64,000 bases of DNA, taken from the NCBI GenBank assembly GCA_030523715.1, contig JAUNHY010000003.1, positions 7,201-71,200 on the forward strand, written 5' to 3'. The notes under the pieces were generated by a model that was given only the letters and a program-made list of their open reading frames with translations, ran no database searches and was not told the origin of the DNA. Made by a program: the position numbers and the translations under genes. This document shows, piece by piece, positions 9,438-19,100 of this stretch (within the stretch, counting starts at the first letter, position 1; every line of letters begins with the position of its first letter). This DNA comes from Candidatus Saccharimonadota bacterium (GTDB lineage Bacteria > Patescibacteriota > Saccharimonadia > Saccharimonadales > Saccharimonadaceae).

Positions 9438-11069
9438 ATGAAGCATCGATTACATTTCCGTTCAGTAGTGTCTCTCGCGAACTCGCAGCTTTCAGTAAAA
9501 ACCGCCGCGATTGTTTTGGCTAGTTCGACTCTAGTGTCGGCCCTGCTCGGCATCTTCCGTGACCGCTGGCTCAACTCCATGTATTACGATACTTACCCGG
9601 CTGGTCTCGATGCCTATACGGCAGCTTTCACGGTGCCAGATTTCCTATTTTTCTTAATTACCTCTGGTGCTTTGGCGGTTACATTCATCCCAGTTTTCAA
9701 TCAGCGTCTTGTCAGTGGCAATAAAAAATCTGCCTGGGAGTTGAGCTCTAGTCTGCTTAATCTCTTGGCTATTATCGCCCTAGTCTCATCAGTTCTAATG
9801 ATGATTTTTGCAGATCCGCTCGTGCGCTATATCGTAGCACCTGGCCTCAACGAGTCGGCCATGTCTTTGGCCATTAACATGATGCGCGTCATTGCGATTA
9901 ACCCGTTCCTGTTTTCAATTTCGACGGTGTTGTCCAGTATGCAACAGGCCGTGAAGCGCTTTATTTTCTACGCTATTGCGCCAGCACTCTATAATATCGG
10001 TATTATCATTGGCATTCTCAGCTTTACTAACGGCATTAATATCTTCGGCTGGCAACTTTTCGAAGGCGGCATCATGGGCGTCGCTATCGGTGTGGTCTTC
10101 GGTGCATTAATGCAGCTTTGCGCTAGTATTATTGGCTTGGTCGGTCTCGGCTTTGATTATGAATTTAAGATTCATTGGAAAAATCAGGGCTTCCGTACCG
10201 TACTTAAAATGCTTCCAACTCGTTCTATTGATCAGGGCATCGATTATGTTACAGGCATCATGAATACCAATCTTGCTTCTCGTATGGGTGAGCAGTCGAT
10301 TCGCGCCTTTCAGCAGGCATCATCTCTGCGTGGCATGCCAGTTAACTTAATTGGCGTCGCTATCTCTACGGCATTCTATCCAAAACTTAGCGACGAGGCA
10401 GGGAAGAATGACGAAGCTGCTTTCCGCGAAACACTCCGTTCTGCACTTAGTACAATCGTATGGATATCACTCCCAGTCTCCATTATCGCTTTCTTCATCC
10501 GTGGTTACGTCGTCTTCTTTATTAAGAACGGCGGTGACGCAAAAATCGCCAGCGTACTCGGCGCGCTCGTGGTTGCTATCTTTACGCAATCGCTCTACCA
10601 TATCGTGGCGCGTGGCTACTACGCCAAACAGAAACTCAAGAAGCCACTCATTGTTTCGGTTATCGCCTTTGTAGTTCAAGTCATTTTTGCACTATTATTC
10701 AGCTTCCTCAACTTCGGCCCAGAAGGTCTCGCGCACGCTATGTCTATCAGCGCATTATTTGAGGTTATTGTCCTCCTGATTTGCGAGAATCGGGATATGA
10801 ACCACGAGCTATTAAATACGAAGTTCTGGATTTCGATGGGCAAAATTTTACTTGCTTCCGTTGTCGCTGGTATTGTTTCTTATATCCTTACAAAGCTGTT
10901 GCCACTCCGTGCCACGGATATATCCTTCCTTGCTGTGTTCCCGAAGTTCTGCCTTATTGTTGGCGGCAGCGCCCTCACTTATATCTTCGTCTGTCTACTA
11001 CTCGGCGTCGAGGAGGTAAAACCAGTTGTCGATAAAATCTTCGGCGCATTATTTAAAAACGTAAAATAA
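9438..11069 (+). CDS. murJ: Lipid II flippase MurJ/MviN
   Basis: 543 aa, about 14 TM. N-terminal SALLGIFRDRW...AFTVPDFLFFL...FIPVF pattern typical of MviN. Confidence 0.85.
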   Translation: MKHRLHFRSVVSLANSQLSVKTAAIVLASSTLVSALLGIFRDRWLNSMYYDTYPAGLDAYTAAFTVPDFLFFLITSGALAVTFIPVFNQRLVSGNKKSAWELSSSLLNLLAIIALVSSVLMMIFADPLVRYIVAPGLNESAMSLAINMMRVIAINPFLFSISTVLSSMQQAVKRFIFYAIAPALYNIGIIIGILSFTNGINIFGWQLFEGGIMGVAIGVVFGALMQLCASIIGLVGLGFDYEFKIHWKNQGFRTVLKMLPTRSIDQGIDYVTGIMNTNLASRMGEQSIRAFQQASSLRGMPVNLIGVAISTAFYPKLSDEAGKNDEAAFRETLRSALSTIVWISLPVSIIAFFIRGYVVFFIKNGGDAKIASVLGALVVAIFTQSLYHIVARGYYAKQKLKKPLIVSVIAFVVQVIFALLFSFLNFGPEGLAHAMSISALFEVIVLLICENRDMNHELLNTKFWISMGKILLASVVAGIVSYILTKLLPLRATDISFLAVFPKFCLIVGGSALTYIFVCLLLGVEEVKPVVDKIFGALFKNVK

Positions 11070-11101
11070 AAAAATACCTCCGCTAGTCGGAGGTATTTTT
11101 G
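11066..11101. terminator. Bidirectional rho-independent terminator
   Basis: Stem atacctccg/cggaggtat flanked by an A-run and a T-run, between convergent genes. Confidence 0.75.
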
Positions 11102-11109
11102 CTGGTTAA

Positions 11110-11430
11110 TTATTTATCTTCTTTGCCGGACTTGGCTTTTTTGTCGACAGTTTTCTTAACTTCTTCGACCTTAGCCTTAACTTCTTTCTCGGCTTTCTTG
11201 GCGGTTTTTTCTACTTTTTCGCCCAAATCCTCAGCAGTCTTTTTGCCGCTTTTAAACAGCTTTTTGCCGCCTTCTTTGGCATCCTTCACGGCCTTGTCGC
11301 TCGCGTTCTTAATGTCTTCGCGCGTTTCTTTGCCAGACTTCGGCGCCATGACAATACCAGCGATTGCGCCCGCAGCTGCACCAAGTAGTGCGCCGAGGAA
11401 GAATTTGCCAGTGCCTTTACTTTCGCTCAT
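11110..11430 (-). CDS. YtxH-like general stress protein
   Basis: GKFFLGALLGAAAGAIAGIVMAPKSGKETREDIK N-terminus, then a Lys/Glu-rich helical tail. Confidence 0.7.
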   Translation of the reverse strand: MSESKGTGKFFLGALLGAAAGAIAGIVMAPKSGKETREDIKNASDKAVKDAKEGGKKLFKSGKKTAEDLGEKVEKTAKKAEKEVKAKVEEVKKTVDKKAKSGKEDK

Positions 11431-11445
11431 TTTCTCCTCCTTGGA

Positions 11446-11721
11446 TTAATCCTTACTTTTACTTTTCTTTTCATTCTTATTGTCGGATGCTTCGAGGTAA
11501 GATTCCGCGAAGTGCTTTACGAGGCCACCGACAGTGGTCATATCGCGCACATTTCCGGCAATATCGTCAGCTTTTTCAGCGATGTCTTGACCTTGAAGTA
11601 CTATCTTCTTGGCCTCTTTTGTTACGCTGATAAGTTTAACGATCAATATAATGCCCACCACTAAGAAGATGAACAGTGTCACCGACAGCATTATAACTAA
11701 TATCCAAGCAGGAGTTTCCAT
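11446..11721 (-). CDS. DUF948-like membrane-anchored coiled-coil protein
   Basis: N-terminal TM plus a helical region. Classic pairing with YtxH as recalled from Firmicutes. Confidence 0.5.
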   Translation of the reverse strand: METPAWILVIMLSVTLFIFLVVGIILIVKLISVTKEAKKIVLQGQDIAEKADDIAGNVRDMTTVGGLVKHFAESYLEASDNKNEKKSKSKD

Positions 11722-11724
11722 GAA

Positions 11725-12567
11725 CTATGCCTCCATTTTATTAAATTCTTCGTAAGCCTGGTAATAGTTCTTTGGATCACCAGTTGTGAGCCATTTACCT
11801 TTACTTTTAACGACAAAAACGTCGCCAGACTTTGCAAGTTTCGTAATAGCATCGACGGTCCAGAGTTCATCATCAAGACCAGTATTTTTTGGAATCAAAT
11901 GCGCAAATACTTCAGGGGTCAATAAGTAGCGACCATAAGAAGTAAGATTAGATGGTGATAGCTCTGGCTTAGCAGGCTTTTCAACGATGTGGCTAAGAGT
12001 CTGCTTCTTCTTATCTTTCATTGCAATCATGCCATACTTATTCCAAACTTCTTTTGGCATTTCCTGAGCAGCAATAATTGCTTTAGCATCTGGATGTTTC
12101 TCGTAAGCCTCGACTAACGTTTGAACATCGCCCTGGCCAAAGATGAGGTCGTCGCTATACATTGCGATGAAGGCCTCGTCATCGTTTAGATATGGCTTCG
12201 CGGATGCGATTGGGGAACCGTTACCATATGGGAAGCTCGGGTCCTGTTCGATTACTGTAATGTCTGCCATTGATAGTACATCTCGTACAGCTGCAAAGCG
12301 ATCGAGTTTACCCTGTGATTCAAGCTGTTTGTAAACCTTTTCGCATGGATTATTGAAATAATCTTCGTAAATTGGCTTACCTTCATGTGTAGCAACGATG
12401 ATAATCTGTTTAATGCCGCCGGCAACGCACTCTTCAACAACATATTGCATGATTGGCTTGGCGCCAAGTGGAATCATTGCTTTTGGAATAGTCTTAGTAA
12501 TTGGCAAGAAACGGCTCGCAAAACCTGCGTCTGTAATAACGGCCTTAGTTGGTGCTTTATATGACAT
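11725..12567 (-). CDS. galU: UTP--glucose-1-phosphate uridylyltransferase-like nucleotidyltransferase
   Basis: KAVITDAGFASRFLPITKTIPKAMIPLGAKPIMQYVVEE aligns with the GalU N-terminus. The G-x-G-T-R loop reads G-F-A-S-R here. Confidence 0.75.
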   Translation of the reverse strand: MSYKAPTKAVITDAGFASRFLPITKTIPKAMIPLGAKPIMQYVVEECVAGGIKQIIIVATHEGKPIYEDYFNNPCEKVYKQLESQGKLDRFAAVRDVLSMADITVIEQDPSFPYGNGSPIASAKPYLNDDEAFIAMYSDDLIFGQGDVQTLVEAYEKHPDAKAIIAAQEMPKEVWNKYGMIAMKDKKKQTLSHIVEKPAKPELSPSNLTSYGRYLLTPEVFAHLIPKNTGLDDELWTVDAITKLAKSGDVFVVKSKGKWLTTGDPKNYYQAYEEFNKMEA

Positions 12568-12581
12568 AATTATTCTCCTCC

Positions 12582-14000
12582 TTAGGATAATTTCTTTTTT
12601 ATTAACTCGTTCACGGTCGCTGGGTTTGCTTTACCCTTGGACTTCTTCATTACTTGACCGACTAAGAAACCAATTGCTTTCATCTCGCCATTGCGGACAT
12701 CTTCGGCCGCCTTAGCACACTCTGGTGCAGTTAATACTTCGTCGATAATCGCTTCAATTGCGCCTTCGTCATTCTCCTGAAGAAGATTCATTTCCTTTGC
12801 GAGCGTATGTGGCGTCTTGGAAGTATTCTTTTTATCATACATTTCCAAGAAAACCTCTTTCGCTGCGGTTGATGAAAGTTCTTTCTTTTCTACCATTTCC
12901 GATAACTCTACCAACTCTGGGGCAGTAGCCAGGCTGTAGTTCTTGTCTGCATTTTCTTCGGCGAGCAAAACACCAGAAAACCAGTGTGCCACGCGCGGAG
13001 CGAGCTTAATGTCTTTATCGCATACTTCACTCAAGCGTTCAGCGAGAACAGGGTAATTCAAGATTGCTTCGCTTTCGCTATGATCGAGATTCAAAATACC
13101 AAACTTCGAGCGATATTCATCTGGCATCATTGGCATATTGGCCGCCACTTTATCGACATAGGATTGCTCGAGTACTACTGGGGGCACATCTGGTTCTGGC
13201 ATATAGCGATAATCTTGCGCCTCTTCCTTGCTGCGCTGCGAAGTGGTCTTGCCAGTTGTATCGTTCCAGCCGCGCGTTTCTTGTTTGACTTTTTCGCCGC
13301 GCTCAAGCACTTCGATTTGACGCTTAACTTCGTACTCTACGGCGCGCTCAATTGAGCGGAAGGAATTGAGATTCTTTGTCTCAGTGCGTGTGCCAAGCTC
13401 GTCCGTCTTTGAGACAGATACGTTAATGTCAAAACGCATATTACCCTGATAAAGATCGCCATTTGTTACGCCGGCGTACATCATCAAACGATGCAATTCT
13501 TCACAGTACATGCGCGCCTGCGCGGCCGAGTGAATATCTGGCATCGATACAATTTCAATTAGCGGTGTGCCGGCACGGTTTAAATCGACTAATGAATAAG
13601 TGCCAAAATGCGTCAACTTGCCAGCATCTTCCTCAAGATGTGCGTGCTCAATGTGCACTTCGGAACCATCTGGTAAACGAATAGTGCCGGCGCCAATAAT
13701 TGGCATATACATCTGTGTAATCTGGTAGCCCTTTGGTAGATCTGGATAATAATAATGCTTGCGGTCGAAGCGGCTGACGAGATTAATCTTACAATTCATT
13801 GCCAGGCCGGCGCGCACGCATTTCTCGATTGCGGCCTTATTTAACACTGGCAGCATGCCCGGCAATGCGTAATCGATTGGGCTTACGCAAGCGTTCGGTT
13901 CTTTGTCTACGGCGTCATTATCGGTGGCGCTGAATAATTTTGTCGCGGTATTGAGCTGCACATGACATTCAATACCAATTGTCGTTTTATATTCGCTCAT
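12582..14000 (-). CDS. gatB: Asp/Glu-tRNA amidotransferase subunit B
   Basis: IGIECHVQLNTATKLF N-terminus and a C-terminal GatB_Yqey-type tail. Confidence 0.95.
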   Translation of the reverse strand: MSEYKTTIGIECHVQLNTATKLFSATDNDAVDKEPNACVSPIDYALPGMLPVLNKAAIEKCVRAGLAMNCKINLVSRFDRKHYYYPDLPKGYQITQMYMPIIGAGTIRLPDGSEVHIEHAHLEEDAGKLTHFGTYSLVDLNRAGTPLIEIVSMPDIHSAAQARMYCEELHRLMMYAGVTNGDLYQGNMRFDINVSVSKTDELGTRTETKNLNSFRSIERAVEYEVKRQIEVLERGEKVKQETRGWNDTTGKTTSQRSKEEAQDYRYMPEPDVPPVVLEQSYVDKVAANMPMMPDEYRSKFGILNLDHSESEAILNYPVLAERLSEVCDKDIKLAPRVAHWFSGVLLAEENADKNYSLATAPELVELSEMVEKKELSSTAAKEVFLEMYDKKNTSKTPHTLAKEMNLLQENDEGAIEAIIDEVLTAPECAKAAEDVRNGEMKAIGFLVGQVMKKSKGKANPATVNELIKKKLS

Positions 14001-14422
14001 TATATCGCTCCTAAATCTTTTAATGCCTGTTTGTAGGTCTCTAGCGCATGGCTGGCCTGTGCATAGGTTGGTTGAAAATCTTGCTCGTGTGCAATCTGAT
14101 TGCGCAACTTATGCGCATGCCAAACGGCATTAAGCTGAGAAAATTTTTCCTTGCCAATTTTCTTGAGGCGATCGCCCATTGTACGCCCTGGTACACCCAT
14201 TTCGCAGAGCGCTTTGTCGAGCAACTTGTCGCCATTAATGATCGCCATCGAATAAGACTGTTCGTTTCCGTCCGTCAATGCGTTTTCGATGCGCAAGAAA
14301 TCAACCTGGTAATCTTCTTTATTAAAAGATGGACCACGTTTTTTCGAAATCGAAATGGCTACAAATAATAAAATCCCAACCGCAATTACCGCAACCAAGA
14401 AGGCAATTAACGATTTGTCCAT
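14000..14422 (-). CDS. Membrane-anchored 140-aa protein inserted between gatA and gatB
   Basis: TAATG overlaps at both ends (14422 and 14000). N-terminal TM followed by KKR. C-terminal helical domain containing HKLRNQIAHE (R-x4-H). Confidence 0.6.
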   Translation of the reverse strand: MDKSLIAFLVAVIAVGILLFVAISISKKRGPSFNKEDYQVDFLRIENALTDGNEQSYSMAIINGDKLLDKALCEMGVPGRTMGDRLKKIGKEKFSQLNAVWHAHKLRNQIAHEQDFQPTYAQASHALETYKQALKDLGAI

Positions 14423-15810
14423 TATTTGACCTCCGCGATAGTCTTGGCGATATTAAGCAACATTTGGTCGCTCTTGCGTGGGCCAACTAACTGAATACCA
14501 ATTGGTAGACCATCTTTGGATTTTCCAGCTGGAGCCGCCAAAGCAGGCAAACCCGCCATGCTCGGTGGCACGCTCATTACATCTTCCATGTACATTTGTA
14601 GCGGATCATTGGTCTTTTCGCCAAATTTGAATGCTGGCGCTGGCGCTACGGCACAGAGCAGGGCATCATATTTTTCGAAAGCTTCGTTATAAGCATTAAT
14701 CAGGAGCGTACGAGCCTTCTGAGCTTTGAGATAATAAGCATCAAAGAAGCCAGAGCTCAACACGAAGTTGCCAATCATGATGCGGCGCTTGTTTTCCGGC
14801 ATAAAGCCCTCATCGCGCGTCTTACTATAGACACTATCAAGGTCGGTAATTTCTGCGGCGCGGTGGCCATAACGTACGCCATCGTAACGGCTTAAGTTCG
14901 AAGCGACTTCGGCTGGCTGCACGATGTAATAAATTGCTAAACCGTACTTCATGATAGGCATTTCGATTTCTTCGACTTCAAAACCCGCCTTTTTCATCTT
15001 GGCAGCATAATCTTTTACGGTGTTCACTACTTCTGGATTTACACCATCGCCCATGAAATCTTTAATAATGCCAATCTTTTTCTTCTTTGGTTTGGCATCT
15101 TCAAGCTCTTTATTCCAGAAATCGTCCAAGGTGGTAGAATCTTTCGGGTCTTTACCGGCCATGATACTCATTACTAAGTCGACGTCGTCTGCGGTATTTG
15201 CAAAACAGCCCATCACATCGGTAGAAGAGGCCATTGCCACTACACCATAGCGACTTACGGTACCGTAAGTTGGCTTCATACCCCAAACGCCATTATAACT
15301 AGCTGGCTGACGAATCGAGCCACCCGTATCGGAGCCTAATGCGAATTGGACAATACCGAGTGCTACCGCCGATGCGGAACCGCCAGACGAACCGCCAGGA
15401 ACTCGTTCGAAATCGACCGCATTGTGAGACGGTCCAAAATAGGAGTTCTCTGTACTGGAGCCATGTGCATAAGCATCAAGATTGGCGCGTCCAATCATAA
15501 TAGCGCCCTCTGCTTCTAGTTTTGCAACTGCCGTTGCGGTAATTGGCGAAGGGAAGTTATCGAGCATGCGCGCGGCCGCAGTAGTTACACCTTCGCGGCT
15601 AAGGTAATTATCTTTAAGTGCATACGGCACGCCAGCCAAACGACCGACTTTTTCGCCACGAGTGATCTTCTCATCTATTGCCTTCGCACGTTCTAGTGCG
15701 CGCGCTTCGTTCATCGATATAAAACAATGATAATCTTCGAATTCTTTGGCCTTTTCTAGTGCTTCGCGCACGAGATCTACGGCCTTGGTGTTTTTATCGG
15801 CAATTTTCAT
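14422..15810 (-). CDS. gatA: Asp/Glu-tRNA amidotransferase subunit A
   Basis: Amidase signature GGSSGGSASAVA...GSDTGGSIRQPA. Confidence 0.95.
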   Translation of the reverse strand: MKIADKNTKAVDLVREALEKAKEFEDYHCFISMNEARALERAKAIDEKITRGEKVGRLAGVPYALKDNYLSREGVTTAAARMLDNFPSPITATAVAKLEAEGAIMIGRANLDAYAHGSSTENSYFGPSHNAVDFERVPGGSSGGSASAVALGIVQFALGSDTGGSIRQPASYNGVWGMKPTYGTVSRYGVVAMASSTDVMGCFANTADDVDLVMSIMAGKDPKDSTTLDDFWNKELEDAKPKKKKIGIIKDFMGDGVNPEVVNTVKDYAAKMKKAGFEVEEIEMPIMKYGLAIYYIVQPAEVASNLSRYDGVRYGHRAAEITDLDSVYSKTRDEGFMPENKRRIMIGNFVLSSGFFDAYYLKAQKARTLLINAYNEAFEKYDALLCAVAPAPAFKFGEKTNDPLQMYMEDVMSVPPSMAGLPALAAPAGKSKDGLPIGIQLVGPRKSDQMLLNIAKTIAEVK

Positions 15811-16094
15811 AGTACTTTCGGAACCTTTATCTGATTATCCTCGCTCTCGACCGTAAGCTCGAGCAAATCCTCGCGATTTGCTTCAAAATCTTCAACTACG
15901 TCTTCGCGCCAAACGTTTTGCATATCAAAACACTGATAAGTTGGCTCGACTCCTTCGGTATCCAACTCGTCGAGCTGGGAAATATAACCGACAATATTGT
16001 CGAGATCTTTCATCAATGGCTCAATCTGATCTTCGCTCAGCGAAATATTTGACAGTTCTGCCAAATGTAAGACATTTTCTCTAGTAATAGCCAT
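15807..16094 (-). CDS. gatC: Asp/Glu-tRNA amidotransferase subunit C
   Basis: MAITRENVLHLAELSNISLSEDQIE... Start chosen at ATG 16094 rather than the upstream TTG. 4-nt overlap with gatA. Confidence 0.85.
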   Translation of the reverse strand: MAITRENVLHLAELSNISLSEDQIEPLMKDLDNIVGYISQLDELDTEGVEPTYQCFDMQNVWREDVVEDFEANREDLLELTVESEDNQIKVPKVL

Positions 16095-16100
16095 AGAACT

Positions 16101-16109
16101 ATTATAACA
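16101..16109 (-). promoter_or_regulatory. Extended -10 (TGTTATAAT), 6 nt upstream of gatC ATG
   Basis: The reverse complement of attataaca is tgttataat. No SD before the ATG. Confidence 0.5.
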
Positions 16110-16144
16110 GAGAAACGTCAATGATACAGGTATAAAAAGCCCAA

Positions 16145-19100
16145 TTATCTACGTCTACGAATAACTACAAAACCAGTTGCACTCACTGCAATCGCAATAG
16201 CGCCACCCAGGAAGAATGTTCTAATATTATCGTTTGTCTTCGGCAAGACATCGTCGCCCGTTGGGTCCGGATCAGGGTCAGGGTCTGGGTCTCCGCCCGT
16301 ACCAGGGTCATCACGCGTAATTGTATTCGTAAATGTTATGACTCCTATATCATTCTTAACGGAGCTACTTTGATACTCATTGATAACAACTTCCTGTACG
16401 GAGTATAAGTTTTGGTCTGGTGTAGATAATCCGCTAAATACAACTTGCGTTTCGCCATTTGCTACGTTTAGCTCCTTAGTATCAACCACATCAGAGCCTT
16501 TCAAAAGATTGAATGTAATCGTATCCGGGCGGATTCCGTAATGGTTGTTGTAGTCAGACCACTCTTTTTTGACTGTTAAATCAAATGTTTCGGATAAGAA
16601 TACTACGACTACATTAGATTCAATGCCGGTGATATTGTAAATTAACTCACCAGTTAGATTATCAATGGCATTCCATTCGCTATGCGAGTTGTTATAAGCT
16701 AGCGACATAATGTTTTCGCCATCTGGGGCCTTCATGTCTACAATTACGTAGGTATAGAATGATTGTGGCAAGATAGCAGGATTACCTTCTTGGTCTAAGT
16801 ATTCAAACGCTATTGAACGGACTTTGGTCTTATCTGTCGTGTCTTCGTCGTATTCTTGCCAGGATGTATCGGTTTTTAGTGAACCTGCATCACTTTTTTC
16901 GGACCAATATACTTTAATTTGAACAGGATTATCGTAATAGTCTAATCTTGTTTCTGCGTATTCAGTATTAATGCCGCCAAAGTTACCTTGCCAGTGCTCA
17001 TTAGTTCCATACTCTTCTTCTAGATGTTCGTAGAGCACGAGATTTGTGACACGGTTTGGTCCAGTCCTTACGCGAAGTTTATATGAATAGTCTTCGTTAT
17101 AGCCACTTAATGCCGGATCGGTATCGTATTTACCATTATGGTTGGTCAGAACAGACGTTTGGATATCTTGGCGAGACGGCGAAGCGGAAATTAGCGACAC
17201 TGTTACGTTAGCAAACACAACATTATCTTCCGTGCTGCCATCGTCATTAATGTCTATTGCTTGGCTATCCTTTACGCCGTTATCGCGGATTAATTGATAA
17301 GAATAATTTGCTCCATCAAAGTTATTTGTCGTAGCATAGGCATAATTTTCGTAGCTTCTCCCAATTTCAATATATGAATCCATAGAGACCTTGTATGGTA
17401 TGGTAATCGAAGGCATAGATGAGCCACCCATCGTAAAGAACGGAGCATCAGAAAAATCAAACCGTACGGCTACATGTGTTCTTCCGGTATTATGCCAGTT
17501 TTTTGTGATTATCACTGTAGTACGATTCTTCATGTACGCGGCACACTCATTTCTCCCAGATGGGAACATTGCTTCACCATCCTTGTTATAATAGTTATTC
17601 GATGCTTGGCTACTATGAATGTTTCCCCCACACATGAAATCCCCAGCCGTCGCAGCAATTTCTGCTTCCGTTCCATTTATGTCCATTCCGAAAGGTAACA
17701 AATCGTAATAATTTGCCTCTTTGTACCAATCTTCGTCTTGCAATTGCTCGGCTATCATTTTCGGATCAGAGAACTGATCCTTTGCGCTCCAATAGGCATG
17801 CGAGACTACATTATATGAACCAAAGAAGAACTCTCCATCTGGGTCATACTGCGTTATGCCGTTATTTCTCTTGAACATTTCAAGTTTAACTGTGGCTGGT
17901 CCCATAGTCTGATATGCCCACGTAGCGAAATCAGATGCGCGTAGTATATAGCTTCCGTGATGTTCCAAGTCATATGCTGCTACAACTTCCTTAGTGATAT
18001 TATTTGCGTAATTATCTAAAACTGCTGGGTTTAGGAGATTTCCATCCTTCATTTGTTTAAGGAATCCGAAATTATAAAAAGTCCCCGTCTTCGTAGTTTC
18101 GCTCATGTTTAAGGTTATATCGGTCCTAACATTGAAGTTGTAAAAGCTTTCGTCTACATTCTCAATTAATAAATACCAAGAATGAATATCATCATCTTTG
18201 GTAAAGTTATCGTTTATCGATAACGAATCGTATTGTTTATATTCTACGTAATCCGTAGAATTTTTATGGCGAACATATAACACGGGATGATACTTTGTTA
18301 AAGATATTGCTACCTCATTTGCATTCTTCAATTTATGCGTATCCACAATGCCGATATGAGATACATAATAATTATCGTCCGACAAAATACCAGAGCTACC
18401 ATCTTCGTCAATCGCATAAATAAGGTCATCGCCAATAATCAAGTCATATTTTACGCCAGGATAGAAAGAATATGCGGTTAGTTTAAATGCGCCGCTTGCT
18501 CCATTTTCGCTAACGATATCTTGATAATAATATACACTTTGTGGATAGCAGCCATAAGAACTCTTGCTGCAGAATTGTTTTGATAAATAACTTCTTCCGG
18601 GAGTATAGTTAAAAACAAAATCTGCAAGATTAATATCAACTTCGTCTTCGGCTAATACTTCCTTTGTGTCTCTGTCTGAATATATCCCACGAAGCTCAAT
18701 CTTATTTGTGATATTCATTGTCCCCAAATCGTCATTAAACTGACTTTTTGGGTAGCCAACGATTATTTCTTCGCAAGACCAGTCTTCATGGCAATATGGC
18801 GAAGTAGGGTAGTCGAAAACCGAACCTTCCCGTTTAATGACAATATACCCATCTTCGTTCGCAGTTAGTTCATTTCCCTCAAAATCCAGTACCTTAACGC
18901 CATCAGGAAACTTGTCGGCCATTTCATATTCTTTAAGACCAATATAGTATTCTCCGTAGCCAGTATCATAATCTGTCTGATAGTAATCGATCGGGAAATC
19001 GCCCATGCCATTCATCGGAAAATATTCATTTGAGCTACCGCGAAATACATATCTTACCCAAATATAATCTTCTGCATTGTCGCCAAGAGAATCATAGGAA

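Noticed and set aside
11099-11449. 116-aa plus-strand Ser/Leu/Phe-rich ORF.
   Set aside because: It is a mirror image of the Lys/Glu/Ala-rich YtxH-like gene on the minus strand, and the YtxH motif supports the minus strand.
16095-16121. TTG 16121 as the gatC start.
   Set aside because: The added residues (MTFLCYNSS) overlap the TGTTATAAT element. ATG 16094 yields the canonical GatC N-terminus.
16265-16300. Short tandem nucleotide repeat (gggtc(c/a/t)gg-type units) that could be mistaken for a micro-repeat array.
   Set aside because: It simply encodes the DPDPDPDPDP linker of the surface protein. There are no spacers, so it is not CRISPR-like. No CRISPR array was found anywhere in the window.
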